Assembly (NCBI GenBank): GCA_038087875.1
Contig: CM075998.1
Span: 6,574,001 to 6,638,000 of the forward strand
Origin: Malacoraja senta
Taxonomy: Eukaryota
Direction of reading: 5' to 3'
Length of the DNA: 64,000 nt
The notes below the pieces were generated by a model. It was not told the DNA's origin and did no database searches. It was given only the letters and a program-made list of their open reading frames with translations. Of the stretch, positions 39,017 through 50,322 are shown piece after piece. How positions within the stretch are numbered: the stretch's first letter is position 1; every line of letters starts with the position of its first letter. The position numbers and the translations under genes are program-made.

Positions 39017-40030
39017 TAGATAGAAGATAGATAGATAGATGAGAGTGTATTGTAGTTGAGAGAAGGTTGCCTGGACTAATACCTGGAATGGGTAGGTTGT
39101 CTTGGGAAGAAAAATTGGTCAGGTTCTGCTCAACCATGATCCCCTGAACTTTCCCACTTTTCAAATCCTTGTGAAAGAATTAAAGGTCTCTGCTTGATGA
39201 ATGATTTGTGCAGAGAATTCAACATTCAAATACGCTTTCATTAAGCCAATATTTTCAAGCCCTATACTCTTTTGGCGATGAAATTGAATTTGCATCCTCT
39301 CATTACAGAGTCTTTAATTATTAGAAATAATCTTGTTATTTCTTGCAATGTCCTCCCTTTGAAATAAAACCCCTCTTGTCGCTCTTCTGCATTGTAATCA
39401 CTCATTCCTGGCAATCTCCCAGTGACTCAACATTGTAGCTATTGCATTACTTTTGCATTCTATTTTCCCAAAGCTTTTGCATATTGCTGAACTCAAATAA
39501 AAGAAAATCTCATTGTATCATTCCAGCACTTTCATACCTAATAAGATGGCAAAAATAGTTTGTGGTCTAACATATTATTTATCCATTTCTCTCGTCTGTT
39601 TTCCACTTTGTCTTAATTTCAAAGACAAAGTCTTATTTTCAGATTCCCCATGGCCCCTCTTCCTTGTCCCTGTAACCATCTCCAGCCCAGGTAACTGCTC
39701 CCTCATTTTAATTGCTTCACCACTAGCAACCGTGCTTTGTCCCTGAGCTCTGGAGTTATCTCCCTAAACCACTCAGCCTCTGAGTTTGCCCATGATTTTC
39801 TTCATCTGGACAGTATTTCCTGAAGTAGCTCATTGTCAAACGATATAAAAGCAGAACACAAAAAATGTGGAATCCAAACACTGATGGAAATGCTCAGCTG
39901 GTGTCAGAAGCCACTTCAAAAACAAGTGGGCTTGAGGAAGCCGCTGATTGGTGGAAGCAGACAAGAGGGAGCAGCTGATTGGGAGTCAGATCCCAGCTGA
40001 TTGGGAGTCAGATCCCTGCTGATTGTACTG

Positions 40031-40157
40031 TATTGTAGCAGTTTGTTTTGTATTGTAGCAGTTTGTTTTGTATTGTAGCAGTTTGTTTTGTATTGTAGCA
40101 GTTTGTTTTGTATTGTAGCAGTTTGTTTTGTATTGTAGCAGTTTGTTTTGTATTGTA
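40031..40157 (+). repeat. Perfect 20-bp tandem repeat x6
   Basis: TATTGTAGCAGTTTGTTTTG at 40031, 40051, 40071, 40091, 40111 and 40131, plus a partial unit. Preceded by ~21-bp GCTGATTGGGAGTCAGATCCC repeats. Confidence 0.98.
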
Positions 40158-40174
40158 TCCTAGGTAAGGGGAGT

Positions 40175-41107
40175 ATGAGGGCCAGGGCAGTTTACTGTTC
40201 TGGATGTCAGATGTGGGAAGTCATGGAGTCTGATAGCCCTCCAGACGTCCACATCTGCGCCAGGTGTATCGAGATGGGGCTCCTAAGGGACCGTATTAGG
40301 AACCTGGAGCAGCAGCTCGATGACCTCCGTCTGGTCAGGGAGAGCGAGGAAGTCATTGAGAGGAGTTACAGGGAGGTGGTCACTCCAAGACCACAGGAGG
40401 CAGGCAAGTGGATCACAGTTGGGAGAGGCAAGGGGCACAGGCAGGGACAAGAGAGTACCCTGGTGGCTGTACACCTTGACAATAAGTACTCCTGGTTGAG
40501 CACTGTTACGGGGGACAGCCTAACTGGGGGTAGCGACAGCGGCCAGGCCTCCGGTACAGAGACCGGTCCTGTTGCTCAGAAGGGTAAGGAAAAGAAGAGG
40601 GCAATACTAATAGGGGACTCTATAGTTAGGGGGTCAGACAGGCGATTCTGTGGACGCAGTCGGGAGACCCGGATGGTAGTTTGCCTCCCTGGTGCCAGGG
40701 TCTGTGATGTGTCTCAACGTGTCCAAGATATCCTGAAAGGGGAGGGAGAGGAGCCCGAGGTCATGGTACATATAGGTACCAATGACATAGGTAAAAAAAG
40801 AGAAGAGGTACTGAAAGGAGAATTTAGGGAGTTAGGAGGGGAGTTAAAGAGTACGACAGCAAAGGTAACAATCTCGGGATTACTGCCTGTGCCACGCGAC
40901 AGTGAGAGTAGGAATGGAGCAAGGTGGAGGATAAATGCATGGCTGAAGGACTGGTGCAGAGGGCAGGGATTCAAATTTCTGGATCATAGGGACCTCTTTT
41001 GTGGAAGGTGCGACCTGTACAAAAAGGATGGGTTGCACTTGAACCTGAGGGGGACCGATATCCTGGCAGGGAGATCTGCAAAGGCTACTGGGGAGACTTT
41101 AAACTAG
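40175..41107 (+). CDS. CR1 ORF1 protein (zinc finger, coiled coil, SGNH/GDSL esterase fold), uninterrupted
   Basis: CSGC...HICARC, heptad segment LRDRIRNLEQQLDDL, and esterase blocks IGDSIVRG, HIGTND, DGLHLN. First in-frame ATG at 40175. Confidence 0.85.
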   Translation: MRARAVYCSGCQMWEVMESDSPPDVHICARCIEMGLLRDRIRNLEQQLDDLRLVRESEEVIERSYREVVTPRPQEAGKWITVGRGKGHRQGQESTLVAVHLDNKYSWLSTVTGDSLTGGSDSGQASGTETGPVAQKGKEKKRAILIGDSIVRGSDRRFCGRSRETRMVVCLPGARVCDVSQRVQDILKGEGEEPEVMVHIGTNDIGKKREEVLKGEFRELGGELKSTTAKVTISGLLPVPRDSESRNGARWRINAWLKDWCRGQGFKFLDHRDLFCGRCDLYKKDGLHLNLRGTDILAGRSAKATGETLN

Positions 41108-44100
41108 AATGGTTGGCGGGAGGGACTCAAATAGAGAAAGCTATTAGACAGTGTGTGAGGCAGGAGGCAGAGAAGGAAAGCACTCAGACCCAACATGTAG
41201 GGGGGAAAGAACAAAACAATAATAAACAGAGAATAAGAGGGGGTGGGGTTCTTAAATGGGTGAGCAGAGAAACAGAGGGGTGTAAAATGCGGGCGGAAGC
41301 AATAGGTAGCAAGGTGAAAAGTAAAAGTGGCAGGCAGACAAATCCAGGGCAAAAATCAAAAAGGGCCACTTTTCAACATAATTGTATAAGGGGTAAGAGC
41401 GTTGTAAAAACAAGCCTGAAGGCTTTGTGTCTCAATGCAAGGAGCATTCGTAATAAGGTGGATGAGTTGAACGTGCAGATAGCTATTAATGATTATGATA
41501 TAGTCGGGATCACGGAGACATGGCTCCAGGGTGACCAAGGCTGGGAGCTGAACATCCAGGGATATTCAATATTCAGGAGGGATAGAGAGAAAGGAAAAGG
41601 TGGTGGAGTAGCGTTGCTGGTTAGAGAGGAGATTAACGCAGTGGAAAGGAAGGACATTAGCTTGGAGGATGTGGAATCGGTATGGGTAGAGCTGCGAAAC
41701 ACTAAGGGGCAGAAAACGCTGGTGGGTGTTGTGTACAGGCCACCTAGCAGTAGTAGTGAAGTTGGGGATGGCATCAAACAGGAAATTAGATGCCATGCAA
41801 CAAAGGCAAAACAGTTATAATGGGTGACTTCAATCTACATATAGATTGGGTGAATCAAATTGGCAGGGGTGCTGAGGAATAGGATTTCTTGGAATGTATG
41901 CGGGATAGTTATCTAAACCAACATGTAGAGGAACCAACGAGAGAGCAGGCTATTCTAGACTGGGTATTGAGTAATGAGGAAGGGTTAGTTAGCAGTCTTG
42001 TTGTGCGTGCCCCCTTGGGCAAGAGTGACCATAATATGGTTGAGTTCTTCATTAGGATGGAGAGTGACATTGTTAATTCAGAAACAACGGTTCTGAACTT
42101 AAAGAAAGGTAACTTTGAGGGTATGAGACGTGAATTGGCCAAGATTGACTGGCAATTAGTTCTAAAAGGGTTGACGGTGGATATGCAATGGAAGGCATTT
42201 AAAGACTGCATGGATGAACTACAAAAATTGTTCATCCCAGTTTGGCAAAAGAATAAATCAGGGAAGGTAGTGCATCCGTGGATAACAAGGGAAATCAGGG
42301 ATGGTATCAAAGCAAAAGATGATGCGTACAAATCAGCCAGAAAAAGCAGCATACCAGAGGACTGGGAGAAATTCAGAGACCAGCAGAGGAGGACAAAGGG
42401 CTTAATTAGGAAAGGGAAAATAGATTATGAAAGAAAACTGGCAGGGAACATAAAAACTGACTGCAAATGTTTTTATAGATATGTGAAGAGAAAGAGATTA
42501 GTTTAAACAAATGTAGGTCCCTTGCAGTCAGAAACAGGTGAATTGATCATGGGGAACAAGGATATGGCGGACCAATTGAATAACTACTTTGGTTCCGTCT
42601 TCACTAAGGAAGACATAAATAATCTGCCGGAAATAGCAGGGGACCGCAGGTCAAAGGAGATAGAGGAACTGAGTGAAATCCAGGTTAGTCGGGAAGTGGT
42701 GTTGGGTAAATTGAATGGATTAAAGGCCGATAAATCACCAGGGCCAGATAGGCTGCATCCCAGAGTACTTAAGGAAGTATCTCCAGATGGATTAGTGATA
42801 ATTTTTCAAAACTCTTTAGATTCTGGAGTAGTTCCTGAGGATTGGAGGGTAGCAAACATATCCCCACTTTTTAAGAAGGGAGGGAGAGAGAAAACGGGGA
42901 ATTACAGACCAGTTAGTCTAACATCGGTAGTGGGGAAACTGCTAGAGTCACTTATTAAAGATGGGATAGCAGCACATTTGGAAAGTGGTGAAATCATTGG
43001 ACAAAGTCAGCATGGATTTACGAAAGGTAAATCATGTCTGACGAATCTTATAGAATTTTTCGAGGATGTAACTAGTAGAGTGGATAGGGGAGAACCAGTG
43101 GATGTGTTGTATCTGGACTTTCAGAAGGCTTTCGACAAGGTACCACATAAGAGATTAGTATACAAACTTAAAGCACATGGCATTGGGGGTTCAGTATTGA
43201 TGTGGATAGAGAACTGGCTGGCAAACAGGAAGCAAAGAGTAGGAGTAAACGGGTCCTTTTCACAATGGCAGGCAGTGACTAGTGGGCTACCGCAAGGCTC
43301 AGTGCTGGGACCCCAGCTATTTACAATTTATATTAATGAACTGGATGAGGGAATTGAAGGCAACATCTCCAAGTTTGCGGATGACACTAAGCTGGGGGGC
43401 AGTGTTAGCTGTGAGGAAGATGCTAGGAGACTGCAAGGTGACTTGGATAGGCTGGGTGAGTGGGCAAATGTTTGGCAGATGCAGTATAATGTGGATAAAT
43501 GTGAGGTTATCCACTTTGGTGGCAAAAACAGGAAAGTAGACTATTACCTAAATGGTGGCCGATTAGGAAAAGGGGAGACCAGCGAGACCTGGATGCCTAC
43601 TCATTGAAAGTAGGCATGCAGGTGCAGCAGGCAGTGAAGAAAGCGAATGGTATGTTAGCTTTCATAGCAAAAGGATTTGAGTATAGGAGCAGGGAGGTTC
43701 TACTGCAGTTGTACAGGGTCTTGGTGAGACCACACCTGGAGTATTGCGTACAGTTTTGGTCTCCAAATCTGAGGAAGGACATCATAGCCATAGAGGGAGT
43801 GCAGAGAAGGTTCACCAGACTGATTCCTGGGATGTCAGGTCTTTCATATGAAGAAAGACTGGATAGACTTGGCTTATACTCGCTAGAATTTAGGAGATTG
43901 AGAGGGGATCTTATAGAAACGTACAAAATTCTTATGGGGTTGGATAGACTAGATGCAGGAAGATTGTTCCCGATGTTGGGGAAGTCCAGGACAAGGGGTC
44001 ACAGCTTAAGGATAAGGGGGAAATCCTTTAAGACTGAGATGAGAAAAAACTTTTTCACACAGAGAGTGGTGAATCTCTGGAACTCTCTGCCACAGAGGGT

Positions 44101-45361
44101 AGTTGAGGCCAGTTCATTGGCTATATTTAAGAGGGAGTTAGATGTGGCCCTTGTGGCTAAAGGGATCAGGGGGTATGGAGAGAAGGCAGGTACGGGATAC
44201 TGAGTTGGATGATCAGCCATGATCATATTGAATGGCGGTGCAGGCTCGAAGGGCCGAATGGCCTACTCCTGCGCCTATTTTCTATGTATCTATGACCTGG
44301 TGAGAATTTCCAACATGTTTTGGTCTTATTATTGTGTAAATGTTATCATCGTGCATGAAGTGGCTTGGAATGTTATAGCACATTGAAGGTGCCATAAAAA
44401 TACAAGCTATTGTTTTTCTATCATTTGATATTCTGCTGCTTGTCCACAGTTGTCCCTACTTCATCTTGCCCATTTTGCGTTCTTTCTTCAGGGCTTTTGG
44501 GTGCTGTGATTTTTGCTGCTGTGTAGTTACTGCCCTGTTTCTCCAACATTGCAAGTCCTTCTCCCTCGGTCCTCATTATGTTGGGATCAAGAGTTATTGC
44601 ACTCTCCTCTGTTCCTACACCACTTTTGCCAAGGCTTAAGAAATCTAGAAGTCCTTGGTTTCGATGCGATATGATAGGACTTTATTTATCCCAGATGGGA
44701 AATTGATCTGTCAACAGTCATAAACACAAGATACATGGAACATTCAAGTGATGAGTGGAAAGGATTGGCGATGTGCAAAGATTGGGGGGGGGGAGGGAGA
44801 GAGGGCGTTCTGTGTCATGGAGGGATGAGCTGTATTCATTCCTTATAGTTTCCTTCTCAAAGTTTACTGGATGTCATCTCATTGCTAATTACTGATGGAT
44901 GCTTGTTTTATTGGCTTCAGTTGTGATGGTATCCTGCACCGTGGTCCTCGTTTCTAATTTTTGTCATAAATCAGATGGACATAATTATTTAAGTTGCATT
45001 GAACCTTGGAAAGATATGCCACTGGCCACAGGTGATATAAATGAAATGATAGTGCTATTTGTATTTTTATCCAGATATATCTGGTCCTGGCTGCTAAATT
45101 GCAGTTTGGTCCATCAAAGAGTCATAGTTATGCAGAGACAGGCTATTTGGCCGATCATGTCAACGCCAACTGTAGATTGATGATCCATGTGAATCAATCA
45201 CACTTAGCCAGCATCACTAACTCCACCCCAGCACCGTTAGTTGAAGCAGCTAGGATGTACTGACAATACCTCGTTTTGTAATGCTGCCAAGTTACTGTGC
45301 TGATTAAAGATGTGTGTAAATCTTATACAGTTTGAAGTGATTTACACCGACCACCAAGTAC

Positions 45362-46400
45362 ACTGGCAGGCAGTGGCGAGTGGAGTGCCGCATGGCTCGG
45401 TGTTGGGGCCGCAACTGATTACCATATATATTAATGATTTGGAAGAGGGAATTAGGAGCAACACTAGCAAGTTTGCGGATGACACAAAGCTGGGTGGCAG
45501 TGTGAACTGTGAAGAGGATGTTAGGAGGTTGCAGGGTGACCTGGACAGGTTGCGTGAGTGGGCAGATGTGTGGCAGATGCAATATAATATAGATAAATGT
45601 GAGGTTATCCACTTTGGTGGCAAAAACAAGGGGGAAGATTATTATCTCAATGGGGTTAGGTTAGGTATGGGGGAGGTGCAGCGAGACCTGGGTGTCCTTG
45701 TACACCGGTCACTGAAAGTTGGCGTGCAGGTACAGCAGGCAGTGAAGAAAGCTAATGGAATGTTGGCCTTTATAACAAGAGGATTTCAGTATAGGAGTAA
45801 AGAGGTTCTTCTGCAGTTGTATAGGGCTCTGGTAAGACCACATCTGGAGTATTGTGTACAGCTTTGGTCTCCTAATTTGAGGAAGGACATCCTTGTGATT
45901 GAGGCAGTGCAGCGTAGGTTCACGAGATTGATCCCTAGGATGGCGGGACTGTCATATGAGGAAAGATTGAAAAGACTAGGCTTGTATTCACTGGAGTTTA
46001 GAAGGATGAGGGGGGATCTGATAGAAACATATAAAACTATAAAAGGATTGAACAAGCTAGATGCAGGAAAAATGTTCCCAATGTTGGGCGAGTCCAGAAC
46101 CAGGGGCCACAGTCTTAGAATAAAGGGGAGGCCATTTAAGACTGAGGTGAGAAAAAACGTTTTCACCCATAGAGTTGTGAATTGTGGAATTCCCTGTCAC
46201 AGAGGGCAGTGGAGGTCAAATCACTGGATGGATTTAAGAGAGAGTTAGACAGAGCTCTAGGGGCGAGTGGAATCAAGGGATATGGGGAGAAGGCAGGCAC
46301 GGGTTATTGATTGGGGACGATCAGCCATGATCACAATGAATGGCGGTGCTGGCTCGAAGGGCCGATGGCCTCCTCCTGCACCTATTTTCTATGTTTCTAC
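45362..46400 (+). mobile_element. CR1 RT 3' fragment
   Basis: GVPHGSVLGP, KFADDTK and RPHLEYC motifs, TTTCTATG tail. Same subfamily as 16603-17545. Confidence 0.95.
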
Positions 46401-46464
46401 CCATCTTTACTAATCCCATTTACCAACACTTGGTCTGTACCCTTCTCTGCCTTAGTGAAGGAAT

Positions 46465-47322
46465 GTGTAGGAAAGAACTGCAGATGCTAGTTTATATCGA
46501 AGGTAGACAAAAATGCTGGAGTAACTCAGCAGGACAGGCAGCATCTCTGGAGAGAAGGAATGGGTGAGGTTTCGGGTCGAGACCCTTCTTCAGACCAGCA
46601 GGAATTCCATTCTCGTTTCTAGTTTATTCCTTCCCTGTGCCCTTCAACAACTGGGTCATTAAGATCTCCTGGAACTTTGTCATTTCCTTGCTCTGTTTAC
46701 TGATTTCCGCTGCCATTTCCCTTCCACAATTAGTTCCCGAGCACAATCCCACAAATGTAAAAGTTTCCTTGTAACGGGACAGAGATAGAATGTAGTTGGA
46801 GACAGTAAGTGGTGGGAGAACTGGGAAGGGGGGGGGGGGGGGGGTGGAGAGAGAAAGCAAGGGCTATTTGAAGTTACAGAAGTCAATGTTCATACCTGCC
46901 CAAGTGAAATATGAGATGCTGTTCCTCCAATTTGCGCTGGGCCTAACTCTGACAATGGAGGAGGCCCAGGACAGAAAGGTCAGATTGGGAATGGGAGGGG
47001 GAGTTAAAGTGCTGAGCAACCGGGAGATCAGGTATGTTAAGGCGGACTGAGCGCAGGTGTTCAGCAAAACGATCGTCGAGCCTGCGCTTGGTCTCGCTGA
47101 TGTACAGAAGTTGACACCTGGAACAGCGGATACAGTAGATGTGGTTGGAGGAGGTGCAAGTGACCCCCTGCCTCACCTGGAAAGATTGTCGGGGTCCTTG
47201 GATGGAGTCGAGGGGGGAGGTAAATGGACAGGTGTTGCATCTTTTGCGGTTGCAGGGGAAAGTACCTGGGGAGGGGGTGGTTTGGCTGGGAAGGGACGAG
47301 TTGACCAGGGAGTTGCGGAGGG
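46465..47322 (-). mobile_element. Penelope-like 3' fragment (GIY-YIG plus terminal repeat) with a 177-bp foreign insert
   Basis: IYCIRCSRCQLLYISETKRRLDDRFAEH motif. Terminal repeat at 46465-46596. Segment 46597-46773 matches ~16200-16374 and ~52790-52958. Confidence 0.85.
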
Positions 47323-47323
47323 A

Positions 47324-48035
47324 TTAGAAACATAGAAACATAGAAAATAGGTACAGGAGTAGGCCATTCGGCCCTTCGAGCCTGCACTGCCATTCAATAT
47401 GAGCATGGCTGATCATCCAACTCAGTATCCTGTACCTGCCTTCTCACCATACCCCCTGATCCCTTTAGCCACGAGGGCCACATCTAACTCCCTCTTAAAT
47501 ATAGCCAATGAACTGGCCTCAACTACCTTCTGTGGCAGAGAATTCCACAGATTCACCACTGTGTAAAAAATGATTTTCTCATCTCGGTCCTAAAGGACTT
47601 TCCCCTTATCCTTAAACTGTGACCCCTTGTCCTGGACTTCCCCAACATCGGGAATAATCTTCCTGCATCTAGCCTGTCCAACCCCTTAAGAATTTTGTAA
47701 GTTTCTATAAGATCCCCCCTCAATCTTCTAAATTCTAGCGAGTACAAGCCGAGTCTATCCAGTCTTTCTTCATATGAAAGTCCTGCCATCCCAGGAATCA
47801 GTCTGGTGAACCTTCTCTGTACTCCCTCTATGGCAAGAATGTCTTTCGTCAGATTTGGAGACCAAAACTGTACGCAATACTCCAGGTGTGGTCTCACCAA
47901 GACCCTGTACAACTGCAGTAGAACCTCCCTGCTCCTATACTCAAATCCTTTTGCTATGAAAGCTAACATACCATTCGCTTTCTTCACTGCCTGCTGCACC
48001 TGCATGCCTACTTTCAATGACTGGTGTACCATGAC
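47324..48035 (-). mobile_element. CR1 3' fragment
   Basis: Translation nearly identical to 43604-44203, with a (TAGAAACA)n tail. Confidence 0.95.
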
Positions 48036-50172
48036 ACCATGATTCAGGTGCAGGTCTAGATATTTCTTAAATGTTGTGAGAGTCTCTGCCTCTATGACCT
48101 CCGCCCCGTTCCTCAGGCAGTGCGTTCCAGATTCCAACCACCCTTGGTGAAAACAAACCTTCCTCTGATCCCCTCCATATCTCTTGCCTCTTACCCTCTG
48201 CCCTCTAGTTTAAATCTATGACGTGGTTCTTGATTCCCCTACATACCTTAGCTGTTGTTCATGGGTTTTATTCTCTATGAACATAAATGTTGCTTCTTAA
48301 ATATGCCAACTCGGGGAAGCTAACTGATTGCTGCAGATGAACAGTACTACCTTCAAAAAGCCCCTGGAACAAGGAGCTGTCATTTCAAAATCAGCTTCAC
48401 ATATGGGCTGGTACGCAAGGCCACTACCAAAAATATGCAAGCATTGTTCATAAGTGATAGGAGCAGAATGAGGCCATTCAGCCCATCGAGTCTACTCCAC
48501 CATTCAATCATGGCTGATCTGTCTCTCCCTCTCAGCCCCATTCTCCTGCCTTATCCCCATAACCCCTGACACCCGTACTAATCAACAATCTATCTATCTC
48601 TGTCTTAAAAATATCCATTGACTTGGCCTATACAGTATTCTGTGGCATTGAATTCCACAGATTCACTGACTAAAGAAATTCCTTCTCATCTCCTTAATAA
48701 CGGAACGTCCTTTTATTCTGAGGCTGTGGCCTCTGGTCCCAGACTCTCCCACTAATGGAAATATCCTCTACACATCCACTCTTTCCAGGCCATGTTAAAT
48801 TACAGAATATTAGCCTGCCCTATTATTCTTGTACTGTTTGATTCCAACATGACACATTTACACATGGAAGAGCTGTTAGTTTGAGTAGAGTAGAAGTGCA
48901 AGGCTTGGTGCTATTAAGGTACTTCTCATATTAGGTTTGACATTTTTCTGAAGTGTAATGTCTTTTCCCTACCCACCCCCATGATATATAACTTGCTTGT
49001 GAATTTTTCTTGAAATTTTTAAGATGGTTTCAAACTGCAACGTGATCTGAAAAACAAATCCTGATGTGGTCACCTTGTGACTGTTTCTGTTAGTGTTGCT
49101 GTTGGAAGTCTGCTGTGTTTTGGTGGTTTGTGGTGGCAATGTCTCAGTTATAGCTTGTCATAGCAGATGAAAGTGTGAGTGCCAAATGTTTATGTAAATG
49201 CAAAATTGGGTGACAGTCTAAATATTCTTTTTAATGTCCTTTTTGATTTATGGACACACGGCTGTACGAGTGCATTCATGAGGCCAAGGCAGCCTTGTAA
49301 CGTTACTGCATTCAGCCTGTGCAAGAAGGTTACTAAGAGGTGAAGAGTTACCATAACCCAAAGTTTGCAAACTTCTTGTGTGAATTGAACTGTTAATCTC
49401 ATGACATCTCTTATTAAGCTCTGCAAAGCAGCTGTGTTAGGTGTTTTTTTTTAAGCCCATCAGGCTGATAAAGAGCTACAGAAAGGGGCTGGGTAATATT
49501 CCCAGATGCCGCTGTTTGGTTAGTTTCAGGCTGAGCAGATAGAAGCACTGTTGTCTGAGCCTGAAGCTGCGAAGAAGCTTTAGATGGGCACAACATGCGG
49601 GAGTAACTCAGTAGGCTGCATTTCTGGAGAAAAGGAATAGGTAACGTTTCAGGTCAAGACCCGAATTGTCACCTATTCCTTTTCTCTAGCGATGTTACCT
49701 GTCCCGCTGAGTTACTCCAGCATTTTGTGTCTATCTTTGGTGTAAACCAGCATCTGCAGTTCCTTCCTGCACAAGAAGGACTTTAGCTTTGGTTCCTGCT
49801 CCTTACCATCACCCAGTGATCAATCTCCCTACCCCACAACTCCTACGATGTGCAAGTCTTTAGATATTGGTTGAGAACAGGATCGTGCTTGCTTCCATGG
49901 GCTGCTAATGACATACAATCACAGGAAAAATGACTACCATAATAATTGCAGAGAACCTGGGGAGCTAGAACATAGCACCAAGAGGAAAAAGGTAGAAAAG
50001 TGAATAAATTGGTGGTCGATACCTTACCATGCTTAAATGGACAGTTTTAAACTTGATTTCAGGTTCTCCATTCTTTAAAAACAATGGAATATGATACTGT
50101 TTTTGGTTTACTGAATATCACTTTAATATCACTTTCCTTTCCTTCCTTATCTCTCCCTTGGCTTGTTACTAG

Positions 50173-50322
50173 CTATTAGAATACATCGGCAAAGGGAAGA
50201 GCATAATGGATGTAGGTCTGGCGCAAGCAAGACATTCCCTCAGCACCAGAAGTCATTACTTTGAAGTCGAGATCGTTGACCCCGGTGAAAAATGCTACAT
50301 TGCCTTGGGATTGGCACGAAAG
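50173..50322 (+). CDS. SPRYD3: Internal coding exon of SPRY domain-containing protein 3
   Basis: Pyrimidine tract plus TAG acceptor (AG at 50171-50172) and GTAGGT donor at 50323. Translates to LLEYIGKGKSIMDVGLAQARHSLSTRSHYFEVEIVDPGEKCYIALGLARK, which I recognise as nearly identical to the second SPRY domain of vertebrate SPRYD3. Not in the ORF track. Confidence 0.93.

Larger units (their letters stand above)
39940..44295 (+). mobile_element. Near-full-length CR1 LINE (5'UTR repeats, ORF1, disrupted ORF2, tail)
   Basis: ORF1 is followed by EN (CLNARSIRNK, GITETW, YRPP, GKSDHN) and RT (KFADDTK) split across four ORFs. TTTCTATGTATCTATG tail. Confidence 0.95.

Noticed and set aside
43597..44226. 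Recurrent antisense ORFs (e.g. DQNCTQYSRCGLT)
   Set aside because: Antisense shadows of CR1 ORF2, repeated because the element is repeated.
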